Origin: Lingula anatina | Lineage: Eukaryota; Animalia; Brachiopoda | NCBI GenBank assembly: GCA_051362555.1 | Contig: CM120641.1 | Coordinates: forward strand, 8,060,001-8,124,000 | Length of the DNA: 64,000 nt | Reading direction: 5' to 3' | Shown here: in pieces, positions 35,293-48,191 of the stretch | Position numbering within the stretch: position 1 is the stretch's first letter | How the letters are laid out: each line of letters starts with the position of its first letter | Notes under the pieces: model-generated | Told to the model about the DNA's origin: nothing | The model's input: the letters and a program-made list of their open reading frames with translations, nothing else | Databases searched by the model: none | Translations under genes and position numbers: made by a program

Positions 35293-35919
35293 CACCCTGA
35301 GCTTCAGAGATAACTTGACACTAACCTCTTCACTATAGCCCATCTTCACTGTGTCAAGTTATACCTCTGACGAAAATAGTTTGACCTAGTTTATACAAGC
35401 CAATCAAATCCATGTTTCAAAATTTTTCACCAAAGTTTGGTGAAAACGCTGATTGGTTGAAAGTCCAGAATTATGTCCAATGAGAAACTTGTATTTTGTT
35501 GCGTCCGCATAACTGTACACAAAAGAAAGCATGGCGTATCCTACGAGTGACTACATAAAAGAATGTGTTAAGTTATCTCTTGATTCTTTGCAAAATATGA
35601 GTATATCGGAATTGAAACCAGAGCAGTTTGAGTCCCTGCATCATTATCTACTGAGGGATGATATATTTTGCGTGCTGCCCACAGGTTACGGCAAGTCCCT
35701 GATATTCAGCCTTATCTTTGATTGGTCCGGATTTGAACAAAGTGCGCTTTGACTCGTTCGCGTTCATTGGCTAGATCGTTCAATGAGTCATTGAGGGCAG
35801 GCTTTAAATTTGATTGGCAGGCAGTGTAGGCAATCGAATGTGGTCAGAGGTAACTTGACATGCTGAAGATAGGCTATAGTGAAGAGGTTAGTGTCAAGTT
35901 ATCTCTGAAGCTCAGGGTG
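35293..35919 (+). mobile_element. Non-autonomous TIR element carrying a RecQ-like helicase fragment (AcademH-like)
   Basis: ~78-bp TIRs CACCCTGAGCTTCAGAGATAACTTGACAC...; CAAATTTT(CA) duplicated on both sides (8-10 bp, boundary ambiguous). Confidence 0.8.
35531..35752 (+). pseudogene. Truncated RecQ-like SF2 helicase N-terminus
   Basis: LKPEQ...DIFCVLPTGYGKSLIF matches RecQ motif 0 and Walker A; the ORF stops shortly after. Confidence 0.7.
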
Positions 35920-36541
35920 CAAATTTTCATACACAGCACACATATCAACAATTGTCAATGAAAGTGTTAAAACATTAATTTAGTGCTAAAAATAGGTATG
36001 AATGGTCATCCATATCATCACCAAAATCTGCTTTGTGACTGATCCTAAAATTTTCATCACAATGTGCCCATAAATTTTTACATTAAGTTGCAAACAGACA
36101 AACTAACAAATAAAGTTGCTCAGAGAGCAAGGACTTCAGGATTACATAGTGCTATCAAATATACATAATATAAAAGATATAAAACATAATACAAATGATG
36201 GCCAGACTGCCTAGGCAGCTTTGGTGCTGGCAAAATTAACTGTATTGGACTCTGCTCAAAACATCAGCTATGTGCGAGCAAGTGTCAACAAATGTGAGGT
36301 GTGTGTGTGTGTGAAGAGAACGCTTCTTATTTATTAAGTTATATCAACGATATAAATTTCCAAGTAATATAGTTTGCTTTTACATCACCCTATTTTGTTG
36401 GGAATGACTGTTCTTTTGTATAGTTGCAACTGGAGCTGATTTTTCCAGTGTGTTGCTCTGAATTGCGCAATTTAGTCACACCGCACAAAACTGACTCAAA
36501 AGAAATCCTATTCAGCTAAACCTAAAACAATTCCAAGCTAA

Positions 36542-36765
36542 GGCCCCGTTCACATGACAAGTCTATTTTCTAAAAATCTATTTTCTATTTGCGTTATCTT
36601 ATGATCACGGTCTGTGCCCTGAATACCCCGCGGCGTAATTACTGGCAGCGCGAGCCAGTTACTTCCAAAGCTGTAATTAATTCTCGGTTGCGCTGGGAGT
36701 GATTACAAGATACCGCGAATAGAAAATAGATTTTTAGAAAATAGACTTCCCATGTGAACGGTCCC
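36542..36765. mobile_element. PIF/Harbinger-type MITE
   Basis: Long TIRs GGCCCCGTTCACATG.. / ..CATGTGAACGGTCCC; TAA TSD on both sides. Confidence 0.85.
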
Positions 36766-36898
36766 TAAGACTCTACACCCAAGCAATTATGGACTTACAA
36801 CAGTCTGACGTATCTCAGAGACATTTAGATGAAGCTTAAAAACGAGGGTCAATGACCAGAACACCCACCCTGACATGTGGGAGGATCTGTGCCCCCCC

Positions 36899-36929
<31 letters not shown>

Positions 36930-37564
36930 AAACACTGAAAAGACCAACTATAATTACCCTAATTAAGCAAGGCGAGTGAAGTGAATATAGCAAAATAGTG
37001 GTACCTCGTACGTGAACAATTAATAATGACGCAATTCCCACATCCCTTGATTCCACCTGTTACCACACGGATACTAATGTTGTTATCCTCACATTTGAGT
37101 CGTTGACCCTGTTGGTGATGCATTTTACTAGTGAAATATCGGGGTATGTGGGGTAATTGATCCATGGATAGTAAGACCTTTCTCCCACAAAAGTTTCGAA
37201 ATGCCAGCTTTTCAAAAGCTGTAAGTTGTTTAAAAAAAACTCTGAAAAACATTTTAGTTATTGCTAGTTTGTGAAACTCTAAGATACATCTAGCCGAAAT
37301 ACGTAGAAAGACCAAGCACATGTGTTGAAGTACATTCTAATCTCTAAACAGGTAAGAGTCAAGAAGATATGGCATTTGCAGAAACACTTGAAGATATGTG
37401 GTGTTGAGTTCAAAGTTGTTTAATATTCCAGGAATAAGGATATGAAATGAATCAGTCAGAAGTTATGTTTATCTAGACATTTCTTCATAATTTCGCTGGG
37501 AAAACGTTGCAAAATTATAGCAAAAATAATCTAACATGAACGAAATCTCGCTAAATCGCGTTGC

Positions 37565-37607
37565 TGACGTCAGAGGGATTTCCCGATGTATTTCCATTGA
37601 TGAGTCA
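37565..37607 (+). promoter_or_regulatory. Putative MAP2K4 proximal promoter motifs: CRE TGACGTCA, kB-like GGGATTTCCC, AP-1 TGAGTCA
   Basis: Three consensus matches within 43 bp, about 180-220 bp upstream of the ATG; function untested. Confidence 0.4.
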
Positions 37608-37783
37608 TTCCAAAGAAATGAGCGTCAGTACTCAATAACGTTGCCGGTAGTACTCACAGTCACGGCGACCTGTTTCACGAGGATTCCGGGCATTTCAGTG
37701 ACAGAAATTGGATTAAATTGGATCATTATTGGCCACAGTAAAGAGCAAGAAACCTGTCTTCTTCCCCTGTTGTCCATTTCAAG

Positions 37784-39478
37784 ATGGCGGAAGGGGAATC
37801 CTCTGAAATGGGGAGTCAAGGTGGGTGAAAGAAAGAACAAGAAGCAGACAATGTGACTCATGTTGTTAGTGTCATATGCCTACAGTAGTGACTCATTAAA
37901 GATAACATGCCATTGATCTCTTTTTTTAGCAACATGCCCCGCGTATTTGAACTGATGCATTTAACAAGAATATTTTATTTCTCCATTATATAATTTCCCC
38001 AGGTTATTTTGATAAGCAACCAGTCATCTTGTCTGTTGGTTTGATGATGTATATGATCAGCGTTCTTATAAAATGTGTTACTCATTGATTACATAATAGC
38101 ATTAGATCACTAGAAGTTTGCTTTTCGTCTTTTTCCTCACTTTACATTTTCAATTCCTTGCCTCAGAAATTGGGTGAATAAGTCTTTTGTAACTCTTTGC
38201 ACTGTTACTTTTTTAGCAACAGTTTATCAATATATAGTGTGTGCATTTATGAGTTAATTTTACTACAATAAGCAAGGGCAAGGAGTTCTTATATTGTAAT
38301 ATTGCAGATTGGTATACTAAGCACTGGAACTTGTAGACGTACATTATTTTTCTCATTGTGACATTCTGTTATCTAGATATGACAGTGATACTATCAAAAC
38401 CTGTATTATTCATGCATGATTTTTATTTTCAAAACTACGTATGTCTAACAATTTTTGTTACCTTTCATGTTTAATAGTAAACCATGTTTTGTTAGCAGCT
38501 GCACGAAGGCGGGCCTTGAAGCTGGACTTCAAACGTATCGCTTATGATCCTAAACCATCTCCTCCATTACCACCACCAGAAACTCTTGCAAGTAAGGGAC
38601 ACCCTACACAAATGTAAGTTTGCTCTATGTTTTATCACTTTGCATTTTCATGTATATAGATGTTATCCAAGAAAATGTATTTATAGGTGTTGCTCACCTG
38701 TCAAATTGCTTTTGTAGATGTCTGGAAAGACGGGAGGATTTGGGTCCAAGTTTAAATAATTAACTTAGTTCTTGCATCCCTTCATTTATATGTTGACTAA
38801 TGACACCAAAGTGACAGGTGAAACTGAGGTGAGAAAAAGAGAGTACTGTGATTTTTTTACCATAGATCTAAATTTTAAACATTGTCACATGTTCATATCT
38901 GAAAGCAAACCAATATTGGCTCTATAAAACTAGGTTGAGCTGGAGCATTAGTTAAAGCGTGTCTTACCAGAATGTGCAGAAATAAATCATGTCCGAATAA
39001 TCCCATTACAAATGGAGGTAATGATCTAAAGCTTAACTGGTCTTTGGGGTGAATTGTAATTTAAAAAGTTTAATACTTCAAAAACGAGTCTGCAATAAGA
39101 ACCTTGCCTGCCCAAAATAAAGAAGACATCGTACACAGGTGTTCCCCTGGTCTTAGCCAATCAGAGTCCCAAACCGAATAAGAGCACTTGTGCAAGAAGA
39201 CAGAAATATGACAGAGGAATTTGAAGTAAGTCCCTTACAAATACATATATTACAGCGCTTTCCCTTCATTATTCATAAATAAACTTGTACACATTAACAT
39301 TGGAAGAATTTGTTTACTTTCTGGTCTTTTAAGAAAATATTAATTGAAATTATTTACAACAGAGTGCATCCACATTGCTTGATACTGTATTTTATCATGC
39401 TGAAGTAAATAACCAAAGGAGTGTTTTGGTAGAGGAAACACAGTATCAATGAAATTAGGAATTAGCCCATTCTGTTTG

Positions 39479-39513
<35 letters not shown>

Positions 39514-42500
39514 TTTTCAGTGAAAAAATTGAGAACTCTTGTTTACTGCATTTTGTAGAGCTTGTCAAGCACAACACTAGAGGTGGTGTCCCTTATTCTT
39601 TTGTTTTCCCGTGAATGCACTTGCTCCAGTTGATGGTACAATACCGGGAGGCGGTATTGCCTCTCTGATCCTCTAGTTTTGAATCTGATGATGATGATGA
39701 TGAGTGAAGCAGTCAGAGCAGTCCAGAACTCAATGAGCTTTCCAGGTAAAGAGCTTCCTGTTATTGTTAATAACAATGTCATGTTGAAACTTTCCACTGG
39801 TAGCCAACAACAATCTGACACATTGCTTATAATGTGTAGGGCCTGTCTAATCTGCACCTCCCTAATTGATATATGAGCCAAAAGATCATGGAAATCTTGA
39901 TAAAATTTAGAATTTACTTTTCTGTCAAAATTGATCCTTATAGTTAAGAATCTGAATTTTTCATTTCTACTTGTTTCTGGCTTGAAAAAGTGTCTATTTG
40001 TACCAGAAGCATGTAAAATCCAAGATGGCCACCACTGTATTCATTTATCATATGTAAAAACAAAAACTTAACAATTCGTACAAACACACACACACACACA
40101 CATTTATGTCTTAGACTTAATTTCTTTTTACTCTTTGTGAGCATTCACAACCAGTTGATCTGCAGACTAACTAGTCTGCAGATCAAAACTGACCAACCCA
40201 CATCAGAGCTTGTCACATAGCCCCCCTATAGACAATACATTACTTTTTCAAGTGGGTCAGCCATATTTGATCTGCAGACTGGTTAGTCTGCAGATCAACT
40301 GGTTATAAATGCTCTCTTTTGCTGCATTCACAACAGTGGACTAACTAGTCCACAGATCCAACATGGCTGACGCACTGTGATCCGTGGACTAGTTAGTCTG
40401 CTGTGCTAAAGGTGACCTTTGACTTATGGTAGGCAAGTTATTACATCAATGTCAATTCTTTTCTTTTTCCTTTTTTTTTTTCACAGCAGTACTAGCACTG
40501 CCTGGTGTTGCCAGCCACCTTAAACCTAAAGGACCAGTTGGACGATTTAGGGTAGTTGGCTGTATTGCAGGGTCAGGCAGTAGTACTGAGACAGTGGCAT
40601 GTCCTGGCACTCCTAGGTCCAGTGGTACAAAGCTTTGAAGAGCTGAGAGATCAAGAGGAAGGGGAAGACAATTGACCCAAGTTTATGAAGACAGTTAAAT
40701 AACTTAGAGAGGCAAGGCACAAAGAACTAGGTATTACGTGTTAAGATCTGCATTTAATACACAAATTGCAAGTTAGTAACACACAATTGTACATAAACAT
40801 GATACATGTCCCATTTTTTTTTTTTTTTTTTTCAAAGTACATTTTTCAACATAAATTGTGTTGTATGTAATCCATTCCTTATTGGTAATTTCACTGTAAA
40901 TACATTTTACATTTTAAAATATTTTATTTTTGCAGAAAACTGTTGAAGATATTAATCTAGAAATGACAGACATGAGCATTTTTTTATTCAGAGCAAACAA
41001 GATGATGCTGACAAGACAGTGCTGAAAAACATATTCTGCCCTTGCACTGGACATAAAGAAGATCCTGCTAGAGTATTTACCTGGCAGTAACCCATCACCA
41101 GTCAAGATGGGAGTGAGCCTCCTCTCATTCACCCGCTGTAATGTCCCCAACATTTGGATTGTTGATGAATTAACTACATTTATTCATTCTCAGTGAAGAA
41201 TATCATAGAATAACTATCACCAGGAGTTGGGTCTGTTCACGGAAAAATAAATGCATTTTTAAATTAACTTAGCTTCCACTATCTATAATGTCTTCACCAG
41301 ACATGAGTGCACCAAAGGAATCAAAAATTAATTCTGTTTAAAAATTCAAATTATTGAATGTTAAAATAGATAGATATATAGAAATAAAAAGGTTGTGTAA
41401 TCTGTATTCTGCATTCACTGTTAAAGAATGAAGTGAAGTATACAGACATTTTTCAAAAATCACAAAGCCAAATTTGTACACAAATTTGAACGATACACTA
41501 TGTTCAAGGTTACAAAGCAGACCAATTTTAGTATTTGTTTCCTTATTTTTGTACAGTATTTTGAATGAGATCTGTCACTTTTGGGTCCCAAGAGGGCGGG
41601 GCATTTTTGGAAAAAAAAATTGTACCACAGAAAAATTTTTTAATTTAGAATTGTGTTTTTGGCATCGCATTTCTAAGGGAATCTATGCTGGGGAGGAGTA
41701 TCAGTGCAGAGGAGTATCAGTGTGGGGGAGTATTGGTGCAGTTACCTAATTAGTATTTCCTAAGATTTAATATTTAGATTGCAGGAGTCGAAAACGTAGT
41801 TTTATTCAACTCTTATGCATCATACAACCTGGGCATGTCAAATTACTTTCTGAAAATTTGCTAGGCTGTCCACAGGCCATCCCAATGAACCAATCGCCTT
41901 TTGAGGCCAGTGGAAAGACTTGTTAATAGGACTGTTAAATACATATTTTTAAGTCCTAGACTAAAAACATTTCCACCACGCTATTTGATATCAAAATTCC
42001 ACAAAAATCATTAATTGTGTTGTTTGCATGTTTATTTTAAATTGAATATGTTTATTTTATAACTGATAGTCACTCCTCTGTATCAGTTTACATTTCCAAC
42101 ATTCCAAAATGAAATGTATGCCAAACAAATAAAAAATGGCTTCATTGTAAACTATGAAAGATGTTAATCAGCAATAAATTCACATTGTTTCCTCTCTGCA
42201 TTTCTGTTATCATTTAAAATGTAAACTGGGATACCTCTCTGATGATGGAATGCACAGCCCTGAATGTACAATAGGAGATCAATATCTGATCTATTGGTGT
42301 TTGACACACTTAATTGAAAGGGATTAGTCACCAAATGTAATAACCTGGAAACAGTTGTGTCCACTGATCTGGGCTTTGATTAGTCAGCTTCCAATTTTGA
42401 ATGTTGTGTTTTGATTTTCAGGATATTCCTAAACCACCTGTATTCAGGATCTCACAATAAAATAAGTTACTGGGTGTATAAATTTTCAGTGTGAAAAATT

Positions 42501-45500
42501 ACAAAGCAAAGTTTTATTGGATGACACAGTTATCTTTTGCAGTTTGATGTTTTTTTTTATTATTATTATTTAAAGGAGAATTTCTTGGATGGAAAAATAA
42601 GTAAAAAAATATTTTGAGGGGTAGGACTTCCAGACCAGCGGACTGTCATCCTTATACTTAATTTTATCTACAAATATTTCTCTCAGTATGTGAATCATAA
42701 CAACGTTATATCATAATAAACGTAAATGAATTGCCTATTACTTGAACATAAGTCTCATGTTTGGCCAAACAAAAGTGCATTATCCCAATAGGATGATATT
42801 ATCAGTGGGATTTCTTTTTCATCATACCCCAACACTCTTTTGCCAATAGTAATTGATACATTTACTTCAATATATGCCTCATTAATAGCCCAATTATGAC
42901 TCACCTTTACCCATCTTTGCTGTATAAATATGTTACATTGAACTTTAAGCAGTCATTCTTAGGCTTAAATGGCAAAAGGAAATAGTGTTACTGGGATAAT
43001 TTGCTTTATACTTTGTTGAGAACAAAAGGCCACAATGTCTAGGTCTTTTTTTCATTATATTTAATGGTATGATAAGTAAAAAAAATAATAGCTTGTCCTT
43101 AACATTTATAATCTTAGGTATGTATAAAAATAAGTCTTATGTCATCTGTATTTTTCATTTATTTCATTTTTTTATTGTTTAGTGAGAGGTTGCGGTCACA
43201 GAGCCTAGAATCATCAGGGAAACTACAGATTTCACCAGAACTGGTAAGATCTTTGTAAATGTGTTGATGTTTACATACAGACACTTAATATACACGTGTT
43301 TGATGTTGTGGAAGTGCTGTTTTTGTGTATCATTTCCAACTAAAGCCACTTTGTATGCCCGTTTAAGGAAAAACAACAAGGATTGGTTTCATTATGATAT
43401 AAGATTCCTTTCAACCACTAGCTACTTATTCACTCTTGAATCAGATTTCCCCCAAAAAAACATCCTGCCTATTTTAATATCACCTGGCCTCAACAACAAG
43501 TTTCCACCTAAGCCACAAGGACTACTGCAGCACCACCACAGCGGGAGGATGTAATTTGTGATTGCTCCCAATCACTGCAAGTCTAGTTTTTATTAACTTT
43601 GTGATTAATTTTCATAAATTTTGTTTTTAGTTCACCAATTTTACATGTTTTTAAGTTGTGTTTTCTTACACAAATGTTATTCTGTGTAATGTTTATTAAT
43701 ACCATGATATTGGTTGTAGATTTTTGACTTCACGGCAGATGACCTGCAAGACTTGGGTGAGATAGGGAGGGGAGCATTTGGTACAGTCAACAAAATGCTC
43801 CATCAACAGAGTAACACTATTATGGCAGTTAAGGTGAGAACTGGTGTTGTGGGGAGGGCAAAAAACTGCCTTTATGCATGATCCAGGCCTTATAAATGAA
43901 ATGTTGTTTTTGACTTTAGGACAGACGTATTGCAATTGATGAATGAATGGCTTGACCAGTGATTTCATTGTGCAATTGTAAACAAACTTGGTTGAGGATT
44001 GCATTATAAACTGTGAACCACAAGCATAAGTCCATTAACCTTGGTGTTTGGAACATTTGGTATGTGCTGGATATAATTGAGAGCATACTACTTTCATATT
44101 AATATGCAGTAGGAATAGAAGATTATGGAAATGCAGTATGTAAACAACAGAAGACCCATCCCATTGATTCACAATTTATAATGTTGTGCTTGCAACAACT
44201 GTTTTCTTGAAATTGCAGTTTTAAGTTATTAGTTTCAGTAATCACAAATCTGACGGTCCAAGTCTCAACCAGTAGTTATCATCTATGAGGCGTGTGACAG
44301 ATGTCACCTCGCCACTGGTACCTGTAATTATCAGTGGTTCTGGTTACAAGGGGGTTATTATGCAGCTCAGCGAAATATGATTTTTAAAAGGAAATAAAAA
44401 AGTGTGACATTAATAATGATGATGATAATAATGATAGTAACAACTTAACTGAGTAGTGAATATTTCCTTTTTCATGCTTTCTACACTGCAGAAGGATGAA
44501 ATGCAAAGGTCCACATGGACATTAAATATAATGGTTATAAATGCATAGAAAATATGAAAAATTAATGCACAGCATTCTAAATAATTATCTGTATTGATTT
44601 TGTAGAATGAAAATAGCATTTTAGTGCCAAATTGAGATATTATGATTTTTAATGTATTTTTCTGTAAAGGTAGGTGTAATACTGGTCATTTTTGGTTACC
44701 AGATTAAATTAAGGTTACTTGTTTATCTTGTTTCTTTCCTGTCTTTCAGAGGATACGCTCTACAGTTGATGAAAAAGAACAGAAACAATTATTAATGGAC
44801 TTGGATGTCGTAATGCGCAGCAATGAGTGTCCTTATATTGTGCAATTTTATGGTGCTCTCTTCAAAGAAGTAAGTTGATTATGTTATCTAAAAATGCTGG
44901 TGATCAGTTTTGATGTTGAAGGTGGCAAATTATTGGTTAAACATAATCCTTGAGAATAGATATGGATCATATTTCTATACTGTCTCCTCTCCTTTGTTTG
45001 TTCATTTGAAACACTTTTTCCAAACCCTTAAATGCTCCATATCAGAAAAATGATTCAAATAAAACTTGTTAATCAGCTCATTCCTAAATATTAGCGGTTC
45101 TCACTGAAGTGCATAATCATCTTACACCAATATGAGCCTTTCTCTGTTCTCAATAATTTCAGTTTTATTTTGCAACTAATGCAGTTTAAACAGGACAAAT
45201 TTAAATCGTGTTAATTAATCGCTAGATTTGTTTCATTTATACACTAAAAAATTGCCTTGAGTTTACAAAATTGTGAAATGGGAAAAATAATATATGCAAT
45301 TGTCTAGAAACAAAGTTTCTGTTGTACCTACATAACTCTAGAAGTCAAACTTAGTCCCGAATTAAAATAAGATTACACCTTCAGCAAAAAGCATTAAAAA
45401 TTTTCGTAAACTATATGAGAAGATAAACTGGCATGTGGGGTTATCAAGGATGATAACCATGAACAGAAATATTCTGATAATGGTTTAAGATTTTAAAATA

Positions 45501-48191
45501 CTGGATAAATACTATTATTGTTTCATTGCAGGGTGATTGCTGGATATGCATGGAGTTAATGGCAGTCTCATTAGATAAATTTTACCGTTTTATCTTTGGT
45601 TCATATGGAACATTACACTTACACCCAAGGATAGAAGAAGATATATTAGGAAAAATAACAGTAGCTGTAAGTATAATGGGTTGAGTGGACACATTGGATT
45701 TCTATATAACATCAATTAGAAAAATAGAAATGGTACAGCTTTCAAGTATTGTAACAGTGTCTTATCCCCACACTGTTGGGACAAAAGTCTAGCAGGTTAA
45801 GTTCATCTGGTGTAGACAGCATATTGCATACCATATGTATTGATTGTGTTTGTGTTTATTTCAGACTGTGAAGGCACTGAATTACTTAAAAGAAAAATTA
45901 AAGATCATTCACAGAGGTATGCTGCACTTCAAGAGTTCATTTTGCAATTATTCTGTAACAGATGAAATTGCTATTTAAATGGTTATTCTTCTATATGCAC
46001 ACATAATTAATTTACAAAATTATAAAAAGTTATTTAGAATCATTTATATAGCTTTTCATACTTGTTGAAATCCAAGTGAAGAAAATGCTTAGTTTTAACA
46101 AAGAATTATATTTTTACCCCAATCATCACATTTTGTTGATATATGTCATTAACATATTCTTGTTATTATGTCTTTTCAGATGTGAAACCCTCCAACATTC
46201 TTCTTGATCGGCAGGGCAACATTAAGCTTTGTGATTTTGGCATCAGTGGACAGTTGGTAGATTCCATAGCAAAGACAAGGGATGCAGGGTGTAGACCTTA
46301 CATGGCAGTTAGTAAATTTTCCAATTTTGTGTATTATTAAAGTCACGAAAAGTCAAATAGAATCTGCTCATTGTTTTTAGTCTTTAGGGAGAATATTTTT
46401 CCTCTAAAATAGATAATATCAGATGATACTCTAACTTCACAAGATTTGGATTTTAAAACTGACAGTTGTTTTCAGTGATTTGCTTTTTTCAAGAACGCCG
46501 TTAGTAAGTACTTTACCTAACATTGCTTCACAGAGGTATATACCTTTCTTTTATAACAGCCAGAGAGAATAGACCCCCGGCACTCCTCCAGGGGATATGA
46601 TGTGAGGTCTGATGTGTGGAGTTTAGGAATCACACTGGTGAGTGCTATTTGAAACCTAACAATGATGCTTAAAAATAACTATTACATCTAGGTTCATGTA
46701 TGTCCAGGTTTTCTCCTGGAACCAGATACTTTTATACAACTTCCTTTTGAGGTGTGTATGTGTGATGGGAGATGGGTTATAGACTGAGAAGTACCTTGTG
46801 ATTAATCTGACCGTAGGCAGTCATAGGTCTGCTCAAAGTAAATTTTGTCCATATATTCATCAAGAATTACATCATAACCAATGTACAACAGCAGTGTGCT
46901 GTATCATTTTGTTTTCAGTATGAATTGGCTACTGGGAAGTTTCCATATCCTAAGTGGAACAGTGTGTTTGATCAGCTAGCTCAGGTTGTGCAAGGGGCAG
47001 CCCCCCAGCTGGACCCAGCAGACGAAATATACTCGCCACAGTTTGTAAAATTTGTCAATACTTGGTAAGTTTTCGATAATAAAATTACATTTTTCAATGA
47101 AGACGTATTTCCAAGTAAAATGCAGGTTGAAAGCAGATTGTTTTCATCCCTTTTTGAAATTAATGAAGAATTCTATTAATTTATATGAATACATAGCTCT
47201 TTACATTTATTTTCATTTAAGTCACAGAACAGAAGTTTTTAAAACATTACTTTGTAACATTAGATATGACTGTTATATTCAAAACAGTACATTTATTTAG
47301 TGTTAGTTTAAAATGATATGGTTTGCACACTGTAAACACATTGTCCCTTTGTTTCCAGTTTAACAAAAGATGAGAAACAAAGGCCAAAATATAATAAATT
47401 GCTAGTAAGTACAAAATATCAGTTAGATTGATACAAGCACAGAATTCTGTGGTGCATTTTCCTAATTCTTTTCAATTTGATGAAATATAAGTGTAATTTT
47501 AAGCAAGCTTCATAGAATGCAGAGATTCGCTGCTTACTATTACCATGTTGTATTGTATGTACAAATTGTATCAGTAGAAATTGGTTATATTGGTTGAAAA
47601 TTGATCTCTGCAAATTATGATGCTAGGCTCAGTCTAGGAAATATCTTTTAACCAAACAGCTTGATAAGTTATTTATTTTCATAGCTAATAAATAAAAATA
47701 GTAGATTATTGAGTAATTTCTCAGCCAAATTAGAATATCTTAAGCATTTGATTAAGTTACAGTTACCTGGTTACACTATTGATTTCACTTTACCTCAGCA
47801 AATATGTAGTTTGATTTGACTGTGTCACAGAAGATTTTTATCCTCAAATTAAGAAAAATTTCTACATAGTTTTAGTGTACATAGTTTTAAATACACATTA
47901 AACTTTTTACAATAATTAACCAATGTAAAGATATAAGAACCATGAATTTTGTTTTCTAGAGAAGATATATATATATATATAAATACTATCGATCGATCGA
48001 TACGATCATCATCATCAGTTTTGTTTTCTAGAGAAGATACTTGCATATAAAAACCTTTCATTCTCTTCCAGAGTGATGAATTTATAGTGCGATCAGAAAG
48101 GGTGGAGGTGGATGTAGCCAAGTATGTTTGTGAACTGCTGGAATTGATGCCAGAGAGGCCTTTAGAACAAGATCAGTCCTCGAGCTCATAA
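37784..48191 (+). CDS. MAP2K4: Dual-specificity MAP kinase kinase 4 (MKK4/SEK1), 12 coding exons
   Basis: Exons 37784-37820, 38499-38613, 43183-43243, 43720-43833, 44750-44869, 45532-45666, 45865-45916, 46180-46307, 46560-46637, 46919-47064, 47359-47404, 48072-48191, all GT-AG and in frame. Docking site RRRALKLDF; GEIGRGAFG; RIRSTVDEKEQKQLLMDLDVVMRS; HRDVKPSN; DFG...DSIAKT; YPKWNSVFDQL. Confidence 0.95.
39525..39676 (+). mobile_element. Family A terminal fragment (hairpin + CTAG) in MAP2K4 intron 2, opposite orientation to the other copies
   Basis: GGGAGGCGGTATTGCCTCTCTGATCCTCTAG ending at 39676. Confidence 0.75.
40139..40314. mobile_element. Palindromic MITE in MAP2K4 intron 2
   Basis: ~48-bp TIRs, each containing the near-palindrome GATCTGCAGACTAACTAGTCTGCAGATC; a related short relic lies at about 40323-40400. 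Confidence 0.7.
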
